From Podarcis liolepis (Eukaryota): a stretch of 64,000 bases of DNA. The translations under genes were made by a program, and so were the position numbers. Location of the stretch: the NCBI GenBank assembly GCA_965112155.1, contig OZ218100.1; one strand, 5' to 3'. Below are positions 24,175 through 36,797 of this stretch, one piece after another (positions within the stretch are counted from its first letter, which is position 1; each line of letters starts with the position of its first letter). The notes beneath the pieces are model-generated. The model was given only the letters and a program-made list of their open reading frames with translations, was not told the origin of the DNA and searched no databases.

Positions 24175-24790
24175 TATACAAAAAAAGTATCAGGTGTTAT
24201 AACGATTGCAATACAACAAAACCAAAACACCAAACCGGCTTGCAAATATAAAGGACAATTTTACTTAGTTCAGCAAATTATCAGCAAATTAAAGTGCAAC
24301 GTGCATATCAAAGCCTGGAGATACTTATACAGTCAACTAGTGGCACAACTCTGCCAATAATGTATATAGTAATAGTGTCATAGCACAGTTGAAACAAGCA
24401 AATCATTCTACAGTTAGTTATCTACTGGAAGCGCAAAGTCCTGTAAGTGGGAATGGTTGCAAGAAAGGGTTCTTCACATGGCCATATGTAGAGGCAGGGG
24501 TCATACGTAAGTAGTAGTTGCAGACGGGCACCTCCTCACCGTCCCAAGGCGAAAGTAGTACAATAGATCATAAGACCTGTACAGCAAGTGCCTGTGATGA
24601 TCTTATATTCTTGGTGTATCGTGTTGAGTGTATAGTATTATGGACTGATGAAGCTGTTGCAAAACCTGCTTAACATCCGGAGTACAGGAGTACAGTATGT
24701 TATGCACGTTGCACTTTCATTTGCTTAACTAAGTAAAATTGTCCTTTATATTTGCAAGCCAGTTTGGTGTTTTGGTTTTGTTGTATTGCA
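24175..24790. mobile_element. Insertion with ~90-bp inverted repeats and a one-sided tail; probable Penelope-like retroelement
   Basis: IR arms 24207-24307 and 24701-24790 (3 mismatches plus one 11-bp duplication). 32-bp extension on the left arm only. 16-bp direct repeat CAGAGGTAATTTTAGG (24159-24174, 24789-24804). CTGATGAAG...C[A]AAAC motif at 24645-24665. Confidence 0.7.
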
Positions 24791-27700
24791 GAGGTAATTT
24801 TAGGGCAGCAAACCAGTACCCTCGTACTGGGCGCTGAGCAGAGGTTAGCACTTGCCTGACTACAGGAAGGAGGCATGAAGCCTCTGACCTAGAGTCCCTC
24901 CTCCTCCTTCCTGAATCCTAGGTAGTGCTTCTTCAGCTTTGGGAAGGAGGTAAAAGGGCTTTAGGACCCTGCCAAAGCCCTCACGCCTCCTTCCCAAAGC
25001 CTGGCACTGCATGAGGGGTTGGGAGTAGGTGCCAATTTTTGGCCTAGCTCAGGATGCCGTAGTACCAAAGTCTGCCTCAGGGGGTGATCATGGCAGCAGC
25101 TGGGTTTTCTTCCAGTCTTCCATTTTTGTTTATTAAACCACATTAAATAAAAGTCTTCAGCAGATCTTAGTGTCACAGAGTTGGCAGCACAGCAACAGAC
25201 CCCGTGTACTTTGGTGGTCTGTCTTTTCAGGAACCTAGTAGGATTTATTCCCCTTGATTGGTAGTGCAGTTCCATTTCAAATGGTTCCATTGAGCCAGAG
25301 TAAGTCACCCCAGCTTTTAGAAAGCTTTTAAACCGAAGATTGTTTTAATCTTAAGAGAGTTACCTGAATTATTATCTTTTAATGTTTTGCCAGCTTTGCC
25401 TGCCGTGACCTTCACTCAGTATTAATCTTCAAGGAACCAACCTGACACATTCCAGCAGCTCATCAATTTTAACATCCTCAAAAGGTTAATAGCCTCAGAA
25501 GCATCTCTTTTTTTCTTCTGAAAATTCACTGATCTAGATTTTGCTCTATGATTCTGGCATAAATTGGTCTTATTCCACTGAATCCTGGAAAACTTTTTAC
25601 CAAGCTGCATTGTTGATAGTGCATAGCAATAATATAGGGGGGAAATTCTTACAGACTCATTTAATACAAACATGGCGGAATAAGGTAGAAGGTGTATTAA
25701 ATAACTGTGGTTCTAGGCAGCATTTCTTCTGGTCTGATTCAAGGCATCGGTGAATTAGACTACATTCAAAGCCCACTGAACATTAGCAACCAGAATCCCA
25801 CATGATTTAATTTCATATTTTTAAATGATATTGTAAATTGTACCTTTACAAAGATAAATTGACCAATTCTGTCTCCTCTTCAATTTTCCCTCTCTTTTTC
25901 ATGCACACTTCGAATTTGTAAGCACTACCTAGTAAGCAGATAATTGCATGAAAATAGGAGTCCACCTTCATTTTCATATTTCATTTCCTTTGTAAAGGAG
26001 TCTTAGGCAAGACGTCAGAGGCAGCCTACTGTTGAAACAGAATTGTGTGCCATGATGGAAGTACAGTCATTCATGGGGGCACACTTTAGTAATCAGAAGA
26101 AAATTACATTCTTCACAATTGCTGTCCCTGCTCATCACATTATATGTGCCTAGTAGGATATCTGCAGTCATAAGAGTACAGGAAAGAAAGTTGGGCCAAT
26201 CCATTAACAAAAACACCTCCAATCTTGCAGCCACCAGTAAACAGGATTACACCAATGAGTCAATATTTTTCTTATTTCATTTATTATTTTCAATCATTTA
26301 TATTTTGTTTTCAAGGACAATCTCTCAGTGGTTTACACTAATATTAAAAAGCCACCCATTATTATTATTTTTTAAAAAATCTTACAATAGAAGCCAAGAC
26401 TTCAAGAACTTCAAGATTTTCATTTTAATGTTGTGTTTGGCTTTATGGGGAATGTTTATTCTTATACTTGTTTGTTTGTTTTTTTGTTATTAATGTACAC
26501 AATATATAAATAATTTAAATAAACAAATAACATTGTTTCGGGGGTGCCATTGTTGCTGGAGATGCACAAAGAAAATGTTGGTTTCGTTCCAATTGAAATT
26601 ATTCTCTCCTAAACTGGTTAATCCAAACAAATTCTGTGTTGCTGATTTCATAGTTGTTAATAAAGAAGTCAATATACATTTTTTTTTTTTAGCTTTCCTT
26701 CCCCTTGTGAACTCAGTATCATTGTCAGGCCAAACTTTTACTTTAACTTTAAATGAAATGATGGTGCAGTAATTTATGCACATCACACTCTGTCTCCTCT
26801 TAACTTATTCCATGTGGGAAGCGCAGGTGCTTATAGGTTCCGTATATGCACAACAGCCACACCAGAGTGGTCCAGATTGTCACATCTTTGATTTCAGGAT
26901 GTGAGGAGAAGGATAGAGCACCCCTGCAATGAAACAAAGTTCTACTAAAAATGAAAAAGAAAATGCAATTAGCATTTTTCATTTGGGCACAGCAGGGTTC
27001 CAAGTAAACCCAGGGAGACGGGGAGTATTGTTCTTGATGTGAGAGTTCAGTGTGTAAGACAAGCAGAGGAAATTCTGCAACACATCTAAGCTGCTCTCAA
27101 TCATTGGGTCAGGCTTCAGTATGGTTGCTGACAAGAGGGAAAATAAAAGGGGAAGAGACAACATCGCAGCTAGAATCGCCTAGTAGGTGATTGTGCTGGA
27201 AGGGCTCCAAAACTCCAAGTAAGGCCACAGCTTGAAAGCCTGTCAAAGCTGGTAGAAAATGCACCTAGCTATACTAAGACACCTAGGCAGGGATAATGCT
27301 AAATCCAGGAGCACCAACAAACTGCTCACTTGATTCTTCAGGAGGGGTGGAGCCCCATTCCAAGCTGTACTGCATCATAAAGCTTTGATTGAGTGCTGAA
27401 ACAAATGCTCGTAAATATACAAAATTTGGCAGATTTTCCAATATCAACCGTTTCAATTCACGCCAGTATAGATCAAATGCTGATCTACTTTTCAAAACGT
27501 TTGCCATGTTCTTCTATCTTTCCTGCCACTGGGCTTTTTGCATTTTTATGTAGGTAGTGGTGTTACCTAAAGAACAACCAATTAATCTACCAAATAAGTC
27601 CCCCCCCCCCCGAACATTGTATTTCATCGTAAATTGAGCTATTAAGTTCCTTTTTATCAGCAGAGGGAGAGGGCTACATATCAGCTAATAACAGCAATTA

Positions 27701-29576
27701 TTTTTATCTGTAGGTGACAACATTCTAAATGCTTTGGGGATGTAACAAATGGAAATCCTAGACTGCTGGGAGCTTATTAAAACTTTAGCTTGATGCTGAA
27801 GTACATTGACTATACAGAGCCATGCATCCAGTAGGCATTCTCAAATAGGTCTTATAGATTTATCTAACCCATTTGCAGCTGCACCTACTGTTTTTAAAAG
27901 GTAAGTTTTAGATTGCAGGGAAAAGGCAACAGTGTGAAATCTGGTTGGGGAAGAGTGAAGTCAGTCTTAGGGACTCTTGTCCCTGGAAGCAAGTGACTCA
28001 GATTATAAACTGCTAGCACAAATCATCAGAGTGATGCCTGGTAGGACGCAGAACTGGCTTTGTTTAGTACATTTTAATTAAAGGGGAAATTAGAACTTTC
28101 CCATCCCACTTTTTAAGGAAGAGCACTGTGAGAGGCATTGCAAGGTGTTTAGATGTCTAGATGAAAGCTTCACAGAGGCCGCAAGGTTCTCAGAGTATTT
28201 TCCATCACAATCTGAAAAATCATAACAGAGAGAGGTCCTGTGTATATTTTCTGACACAAAATAGACTGCATTTGCCAGGCTCAGAAATTAAATTTGTCCA
28301 ACTATATTGTTGAGAAGCATACTTCGGAATTTTGTAAAGTCCCTTCCTGCCTCCCCACCCAGTACAATTGTCCCTGTTCTTTGTGCTTTCTTCATCTGGC
28401 CCCAGGCTTTTTAAGGACAGAAACATACAACTAATTGTGTAGCTCTTGTCTTGTAAATCTAGCATTAAAATACAATATATAAGTTTCTATAGAGATTCAT
28501 AATGCTAGGCTTCATCTGTTAGTCAGATATGTGGGTGGCAAGGGCAGACACCCCAGTGATCTTTCCCCCAGGTTCCCATAGAACTGTTCTTGCACTGACT
28601 ATTACCTCTTTCAAGATATCAGTTCAAGAATTCGTTATGTAAGATTTGAGAGCAGAACTTTCACCCCACTGCTTCTAGTGGATTGAATTCCAATACAATA
28701 CAGCATTTCTAGTGCCAACTCATTTGCTGACTTTATCAAATAACAATGAAAGAAATGCATCTATTTTCTTCTGAACACAAGACCCCTTTGAATTGCAGGC
28801 GAATACCTGAAAGCTGTTGGCAGAGATGTGTTGTTGTTTTTTAAAGTCACTTCTCCTGCCCACTTTACTTTGCAAACTGGAGAAAAATAGCAAACTATCA
28901 CAATCAATTTACCAAAACGATTTATAGGCTGCATTAAGTATATTTGCAATCTGAGCATAAAATCATATCATGGTGCTCAGAAGAGATCTCATTTGCAAAC
29001 ATTTAGCATCAGGCAACATTTCTGAAGTTCTGCCTTATGCCTTCTTAATGATTAAATTTATCCATTGAAGTGGATGTGGCTATATGCAGGGAAGGATTAC
29101 ATTTTCTCCTCTGAACTCATGCAATTATTTGAATAGTTGACTACACTGCTGGGAGTTGATGGATGCCATTTATCAGGTAAATAATCTTTAAAACCTAGCT
29201 CAGAGTAATGGTTCACACCTGCCAAGATTGTGACAGCCCTTTAAAATATCACAGAAGGTGGGGTTTAAGCTCCCCCAATAAGGCTAATAGATGTCACACC
29301 GGATAGTGAAAAGTCTAAATGTGCATGTGGTCAAATGGGTTTCTTTTCTAAACAAACAAACCTCAGTTTATTTTATTCAAATATTTCTTTTTTATGTTTG
29401 AAACAGGCTATACATTGGTGCTAATATAGGTTTTCCCTATTCACACAGGAACAGCCAACTCATTCCTTCGCATACTTTGAATGCAGCACTAAAACTAAAA
29501 TCAAATTACAGAATAGCCCTCTCCAGACATTCAATGAAACAGGTGAAGGTTTTAACTGGAGGGTGGGGAGCAGGCA

Positions 29577-30279
29577 CATAAGAACATAAGAAGAGCCTGC
29601 TGTATCAGGGCAGTGGGCCATCTTGTCCAGCATCCGGTTCTCACAGTGACCAACTAGATGCCTGTGGAAAACAGAAAAGCAGGAACCAGACACAAGATCA
29701 CCCTCCATTCCTGTGCTTTCCAGAAACTGGTGTTCAGATGCATACCACCTGCAACCATCAGTGGCGTAGCGTGGGTTGTCAGCACCCGGGGCAAGGCAAG
29801 TAATTTGTGCCCCCTAACCCGTGGATATGCGCCCCCTAACCCATGGATTTGCGCCCCCTAACCCTAACCCCCAGATGTTGCGCCCGGTGTGGCCGGCCCC
29901 CCCTGCACCCCCCACGCTACGCCACTGGCAACCATGGAAACAGAGCAGAATCATCCTGGCTAGTAGACATTGATAGCCTTACCTTTCATAAATTAGTCCA
30001 TTTTAAGTCAAAGTTAGTGGCCATCACTTCTTCCTCTGCGTACCAACATTCAGCTACATTGGATGTTCTTGAGTTCTAGCGTTATAGGAGAAGGAGAAAG
30101 ATGTTTCCCTTATGTACTTTCTCTATGCCAAGCAAAAAAACCCAAAAAACTATCATGTCTCTTCTTTACTTGCCTTTTTTTTCTGAACTAAAAAGTCCCA
30201 AATGCTGCAGCCTTTTCTCACAGGGGAATTGCTCCATCCCCTTGGTCATTTCAGCTGCCTTTTTCTGAGACTTTTCCAA
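29577..30279 (-). mobile_element. CR1 LINE 3' part (TTCTTATG-tail type), interrupted by a hAT MITE
   Basis: Begins cataagaacataagaagagcctgctg (reverse of the (TTCTTATG)n tail). CR1 body resumes after 29935. Confidence 0.85.
29759..29927. mobile_element. Young GC-rich hAT MITE nested in CR1
   Basis: Perfect 17-bp TIRs CAGTGGCGTAGCGTGGG / CCCACGCTACGCCACTG. Perfect 8-bp TSD GCAACCAT (29751-29758, 29928-29935). Internal tandem unit gccccctaaccc x3. Confidence 0.95.
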
Positions 30280-30548
30280 TCACAGAGCTTAAAAACAAAC
30301 AGTCTTTCTCAGGACGCCATTTTGGTTTCCAAAAGTTCGAAAGATGAGGTCATTAAACTGGGAGGGGGAAACAGCTGTTTTCCGCTCTTGGAATAGTGAA
30401 TTGTGAGCAATAAAAGAAGTGAGAACATGGCAGGTGACCAGGGAATGGTACTTCATGGTTAAAGACCTCACCCGACATGAATCCCAAGGAATAATAAAGA
30501 AGGTGCATTCAAATGGTTTGATGGGGCAACTTTGTTTTCAGCTTAATA

Positions 30549-30585
30549 TTGATTGATTGATTGATTGATTGATTGACTGATTGAT
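30549..30585. repeat. (TTGA)n tetranucleotide microsatellite
   Basis: Direct reading. Confidence 0.95.
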
Positions 30586-32447
30586 AGATAAATGCATATA
30601 TAATGTCTTTTGTCAAAAGCCTTCAGGATGGTTTACAATCAGAAGATTTTAAAAATACCCATTATTTCCATATAATTCATAACAAAGGTAGCAGCAGCAA
30701 AATGCCCATTAATTAAATGTTACCACAGTTCCACCAAACCAAAAGTATAGCAGAAGAGGTGAATCTTTACCTAAAGGAATACCTCATTCAGCCAGAATAA
30801 GTGCATGTTTATAAAGTTTCTGGATAGTGAAATTGGCCACCTCTATCCAAAACCAAATATAGTCTATTTTTTCTTCTATATCTGGTTCCTCTTTTATGGA
30901 TGAAAGTTGTAACACCACCTGTTGCATAAGGGTTATCAAATGATCAATCCAACATGAAAACGTCCCCGAAGCAATTGTGCCAATAGTGTAATATTGATAA
31001 AATCTTGCTGGAACAAGGCTTTATGCTAAAACCATGCTAGTGATTTATGTTAATCCTTATTTTGTTCTGTTAAATCTTCCTGACAAAATCATCTTCTGAA
31101 GTTCCAGCAGACTTTGTTGTGAAATGACTCCTCACCTCACACAAAGAATCTTTCTACATTTCCTTTTTCTGCTGGGAAATACCTATTTAATAAGCTGCAT
31201 ATACCACAGTGCACGTTTGTTGGACTAAGCTGCTGACAAATTAGCTCAACGTGAAGTCCTCATTACTTTCCTAGGTAGGCTTAACAAGTGATTTCCCTCA
31301 TACATTTTATTGTGCCATGAAGGGGAAAAAAAGATGTCACTGGTTTTTTTGTAAGGAAAATAATAGAAGTAGAAACCATTATCCTCACTGTGATCTAGTA
31401 GCAAATTGGCACTTCAACTTCAATGGAACTCTAAGTGTTTAAATTCCACCCTACCACAGCACATTTACCAGGCATTTGGTATATCTCTTACTTAGTTACA
31501 AATGCTTAGAAACTGATAATTGAGAATTTGGATCCTTAAGATTTCTCACTGACCTATATGGAGAGGTAAAATTCTCACTATGTAGAAGTTTGCTATGTTC
31601 AGCTTCTTCAAAGAGACTGGTCTCAAGGATGTTTTCAAAGCGTCATCTGGAATCTCAACATCTGGATCATGTTATAATGGAATAGGCAATTTTACTTTCT
31701 TGGAAAATATATGCCTGCTTAAAATGTGCTTGATTTGCTATTTAATGAAGAAAAATAATGAACAAAGACCAATTTCCCTTTAGTTCATATTTAAAATGCC
31801 TGAACCATATATTTATGCTGCCTGCTTTTCATATACCAACCCATGCCCCCATTCACACACCAGATTTGTATCTTTCTTAGTCTCCTGCACATGTTCATTG
31901 AATATTCATAACAGTTTCAGATTTATTCTTATTTTACAGCTTGCAATGTTCGCACCTACCTGAGACTAGGAAATCTGCACCGGAGATAGCATTGACAGAA
32001 AGCTTCAAAGCACTGGCATGGCGGTAGAAATACATCAGCACAAAAAACATTTTGTACAAATTAAGAACCAAGTGCAGTGTTTTCGAGAACTGTGATACAG
32101 CAAATTCTTGTATTAGTTACGGGATGTCAAGAGATGGCCAATAGCCCAACTGGATGTGGGCCAGAGACCAGCAGCAGGCTTGGGTCAGTAAAGGTCATCT
32201 GGCATCCATTTCCAATATGAGATGATTTGCAAGTATGCTTAAAACTGAGTCAGTTTCCGGTGTAGCAATTCAACTATAGGAGAAACTGGGAGCCTGAGGA
32301 ACAAACTGGATGATACTATTGCACACCACCCCAATGTCAAATGAAGCACAGCAGAGACTGTGATATATGGTTCATTTATGCATATATACAACCTGAGCCC
32401 ATGATGGCATTTATGGCATTAACACCCAAAGAAGGCATTGCCTCCCT

Positions 32448-32514
32448 CATAGAATCATAGAGTTGGAAGAGACCACAAGGGCCATCGAGTCCAACCCCCT
32501 GCCAAGCAGGAAAC
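32448..32514 (-). mobile_element. CR1-type 3' end fragment
   Basis: catagaatcatagagttggaagagaccacaagggccatcgagtccaaccccctgcc. Confidence 0.85.
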
Positions 32515-33379
32515 GCCTTCATAGCCACAGCCTTTTATTCAAACAGAAATCAATCATCGCTCTTTCTCTCTCACTTTCCAGTTTGCTTCTTTGCTTTTAG
32601 CTCACACCACTGAAACTCTCTGTTCTCGGCTTTTTCCTATTATCCTTGAGTTTGGGGAGGGCCCTCCACCCATTTTCTGTCTTGCACAGATCCACTTCCT
32701 TTCTGACCTTTAATGGTCCATCTCCCAGGCAATTACCTCACCAGGAATATAACCCAGCTACTATTTTTTTAACACATGCTGGATCAAGGCGTTAGAAGGG
32801 TCTTGGCACTTCCTCCGCCCCAAACCCATAACAATACATTGAATGCACTCAAATATTTAACATACTGCAGGGCTGTTGTTGTTTTTTATGGAAAAGTAAC
32901 AGCAGAGGGGACCAGGATCAGGGCTGGAAGTGGGTTGATCCTTACACCATGATCTGGATGGAAATGGCCCTCCTCCTGCTGCTATTCACTTCCTGGGGTG
33001 AATAGCTGCTGTTGTTTTTAAAGATGGGGGGGGGAGAACTGCTAAATACATTCACACATTTAAAGTATCATCTGGATTGGCCCCAAGAAAATGAAAATTG
33101 TAAGTGGAAGAGTTGGGGATCTGCCAAAGCAGCCTAAAGCTGGGCTTTGGTCAAGGAAGGAACACACAAGCCAAAAGATTAGTCACTGACCCAGGGTACC
33201 AAGCCAAAATCAATAGATCGGTAACAATGTCAAAGCTAAGAACTATGTATTATTTACCAAGGCAAATGTCTTGGGACAGAGATCATGCAGGTCTGTTGCA
33301 GGCAAGTCAGGAACATACAGTACTAGTCACACAAAATAACTGCATACAAAAATGTGTTCCTTAGAAGAAATCAACACTA

Positions 33380-33502
33380 AAATGATGGAGAATTTTCATG
33401 AGGATTAAAAAAAAAAGAAAGTTTACAAATTCTTTCAGAAATGTGGAGAATAGGATTTAAGTTTGGGAAAATGAGAAATTGAAAGAACCAAAATTGATCT
33501 GT
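33380..33502. mobile_element. Fragment of an AT-rich DNA-transposon-like repeat family
   Basis: aaatgtggagaa...gggaaaatgagaaattgaaagaaccaaaattga is homologous to 56545-56635 and, inverted, to 36388-36505. Confidence 0.55.
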
Positions 33503-33588
33503 CATGGATGCTTTAGCTGAGATTCCTGCATTGCAGGGGGTTGGACTAAATGACCCTTGAGTCCCTTCCAACTCTAAGATTCTATGAT
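33500..33588 (+). mobile_element. CR1 3' end fragment
   Basis: ctgtcatggatgctttagctgagattcctgcattgcagggggttggact...cccttccaactctaagattctatga. Confidence 0.88.
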
Positions 33589-34583
33589 AGCTCCACCTAT
33601 TCCTAATCTGCAGGCAGCAGCAACTTTATTGTAGTGAGGCCATCTATGTACATCCCTAAAATGCGTTGGGCCAAAGCTCCCATCTTCCCCAGCCAGCATC
33701 ACCCCAGCCAGGATTATGGGAAATGTAGTCTAGCAATTTCTGCAGGGTTACACAAAACCTCTTTTTATACAGTATTGTAAATCACTGCTGCTGCTTGCTG
33801 CTACAACTATTACTAATATGGTGCCCCTTGCTGGATTGAGGCCAATGGTTGCAATCTTGAACTTTGTTAGGTTGCTTAAATCCCACTGACTTCATAAGAA
33901 TTTAACCAGGCTATGTGCAGCATTCAATCAATATATTTGATTTAAATGCCATCTTCCTTTAGCACAGCAGTAAAATAAGAACATATCTGTCTAGTCCACC
34001 TTGCATTCCCCTTCACTGCTATTGAAATACTAACTTGTTCAACATAGAAATCAACCTATGTACCAACCAAAAGCCTCAAATTTTGGTCACTATAATCACT
34101 GGATTATATGACAATGGAAATAAATTTATTTATTTACTAGGATAACTTTTATATACTGCTCTTTCATCCAAAAAGTTTCACAGGAAAGTTTACAGCATGT
34201 TTGGAAAAGATTGTATTGAATATCTGAATAAAATAATTTCAGAATAATCTCTGAGGGTAGCATAAATTTGTGTTCTTGGTAAATAATTATTTTATCAGTG
34301 TGATTTACCTTCTTTCAGAATGGCAGTGCCTTACTCCTTCTGTTTCCTTATTCTTCAGAAACACTTCAATATTGGTAAATATTGGTCATACAATTCTGTT
34401 CTCACAAATACATTTATGCATACTGAAATGAAAGTAAACACAGTTTATGTGCTTGTGGGTTAAGTACCACTGAAATTTGATTTCCCCCTCTCAAACAGGC
34501 AGCAAATAATTACTTTTTAATTAAATCAACAATTCCTGTTACAGTTCTTGGAGGTTAGGTCTCTCTGTCTCTCACCAGCCCCA

Positions 34584-34861
34584 CTTATCTCAATCTGGTC
34601 TTCTTTCCCTTTGCAAAGATTTCTTTTTCTACAATAGTTTCTACCAGTGACAAAAAGTAACTAGTCTCAGGCTACACTTGAAGCCATTTCTTGGCCTTAT
34701 TTGAACATCCAAGTCATCCATCCCTCACTTTTTATTCTTACCTCAGTCTTGTCTTCTTTCCCTTCAGCAAGATTTTTTACATCAGTCTCTACCAGTGACA
34801 TCCATTAGCTAGTCTCAGGCTACACTGGGGGGTATTTATTGGCCTTATTTTAATGCACAAG
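34584..34861 (+). repeat. Old local tandem duplication (two ~127-bp copies, period 153 bp)
   Basis: 34584-34713 vs 34737-34861 share gtcttctttccctt, tctaccagtgaca, ctagtctcaggctacact and ttggccttattt. Confidence 0.85.
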
Positions 34862-35609
34862 AGCATTCCTTATCATATCAAAGAGGTCATCTGAAAGAAA
34901 GCACTCCACTTACATTAGGTGAAAAAAATGTTCAATATCTTACTAGGGTATTTTAAAAGTTCAATAATCAGCCAGTCTCCTGCAGTTTTCCTTTTCAGTG
35001 ACTTTTACATTGCATTCTCCATTCTTCTTCCATTAACCAACTTCTTAGTATGTTGTTTCCAATAATGCACAATGTACTAATGGGACATACGCCACATATT
35101 TTTTATCGCTCCTGCAGTGACACCTGCAATAATGCAGGCAAAAATGTCTGTTCATAGGAGGAAATTAAGAAACTCATATCCATTTCTCTTGGATACATAG
35201 TAATAGCCCCAACAGGAGTAATCTCATGAGGACCTAAGAGTTATGCCTTTCAACTTCTTTGTTAGTTTTCACTTACTGCCTTTTTACCTCAGTTCCCTCC
35301 CCGTTGTACTATTCATTACCTTTTATTACCATATATTGTGTGGTCTTTATGGTGTCACTGAATTTCGCCCCCCCCCCCCAATAGCAGGCAGGTGATTGGT
35401 CTCATGTCTTGTCTTTAAAGGTTTCTTAATTGACACTAAACAATTCATTTACCTCTGTGCACTGATAAGTTTTCTGGAGGGAGAAACAGACCCCATTACC
35501 TAGTCTTTCATTATCTTTTGAAGATGCCTCATCAGTGTTTTTGCTGAGACTTGGATTAATATTGTGCCCCCACCTCCCGACTCTGCTGTGAATGTGATGG
35601 ACTCTAAAA

Positions 35610-35716
35610 TGATCAGAAAATCCCAAGAAAAAAAGTTTTGGGGCACCTTAAAGACTAACAGGTTTATTGTAGCATAACATTTCACGGACAAGAGCCCAGT
35701 TTGCCAGTTGCCTGAG
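35610..35716 (-). mobile_element. Penelope-like element terminal fragment
   Basis: ggcaccttaaagactaacaggtttattgtagcataa.tttc matches the reptile Penelope pseudo-LTR motif also at 51.3 and 61.4 kb. Confidence 0.7.
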
Positions 35717-36000
35717 GTAAAAATATCATTCTACACAGATAATACATCAGAGGAATAGGGACATGACAGAAATACAGTAAGTGAATATATCCATGAATGC
35801 AAATAAAATCATGTTGGCTTTAGAACAACCTCTGGATTTGTTAGAATAGTCTATCTTCTACAGTTGCGGGGGGCAACTGGAAGCATTCCCAAGAGCCATA
35901 GGGCTTTGCAGATCTCCATCTCTGCGCACAGAGAGCAAAGTCTGTACTCAGAGACAGAGTTTCTTCCTGGGAAGCCCCTCTCCTGGGAAGTATGGGGAGC

Positions 36001-36185
36001 ACTACTGCCATAGTCCCTCTGCTGTTGGTGCAGCATTTTGGGGTGAGTTGGGCAGATCCACTTGATTCAAAGCCTCTCCATTTCTGTAACATATCCCCAG
36101 AGTGGAAGGACTTTGGATCCAGTGCATCTGCCCCATACACCCCAAAATGCTGCATCTACAACAGAAAGGCAATGGCAGCAGTACT
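36001..36185. repeat. Long imperfect palindrome (probable MITE)
   Basis: Arms ~36001-36079 and ~36103-36185 include the exact pair tgcagcattttggggtg / caccccaaaatgctgca. Confidence 0.8.
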
Positions 36186-36797
36186 TTCCAGATGGAGAGA
36201 AGCACACCAGCTTTGAGTGGCATAGATTTTTCACCTCCCATTGAGATCAATGGAGGGGGGAAACCCTTTATTTTCCCAAAAAAAAATTCAACAGAAGAGG
36301 TGAAAAAATGAACAAAACCGTGCTCTCCACATTCTACCCTACTGCCTACCTTCTACCCTATCCTACTGACTTTGGACTTGACAGTAGGGATGTCTGACTG
36401 TCAATTTTTGTTTCTCCTCGGTGCTCATTTTTCAAATCTTACATTCATTTCATCATATTTCCACATCAGTTTGCAACTTTTAAAAAATCCACATGAAAAT
36501 TAATGCATGTGAATAAGAGCATCTGATCATGTGGTTATTACTCATTGTGTGGAACATTTCCTAGGTGCTGCCAAGAAAGGGTGACATTGGGATTTAAATA
36601 CAATGTATGTACAGAATAACCCATGTATTCAGTTGGACATCATGGTAATGTAGTGGCATCGAGAAATTGACAAACGGAGGCTGTCTCTGCTTTTTTCCAT
36701 TATTACAGAGGGTGATGTGCAGATAAGAAAATGGGTTGAGGACTAGTTTGCAAACAAATTAATCCAGCAATGTGGGGAAAAGCATACCGTAAAAGTA

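Noticed and set aside
31940-32040. Coding exon on either strand (acceptor ttttacag on +; donor-like GTAGGT and ccgccATG on -)
   Set aside because: Plus-strand frames all stop without a good donor. The minus-strand peptide is unrecognisable and lacks an acceptor.
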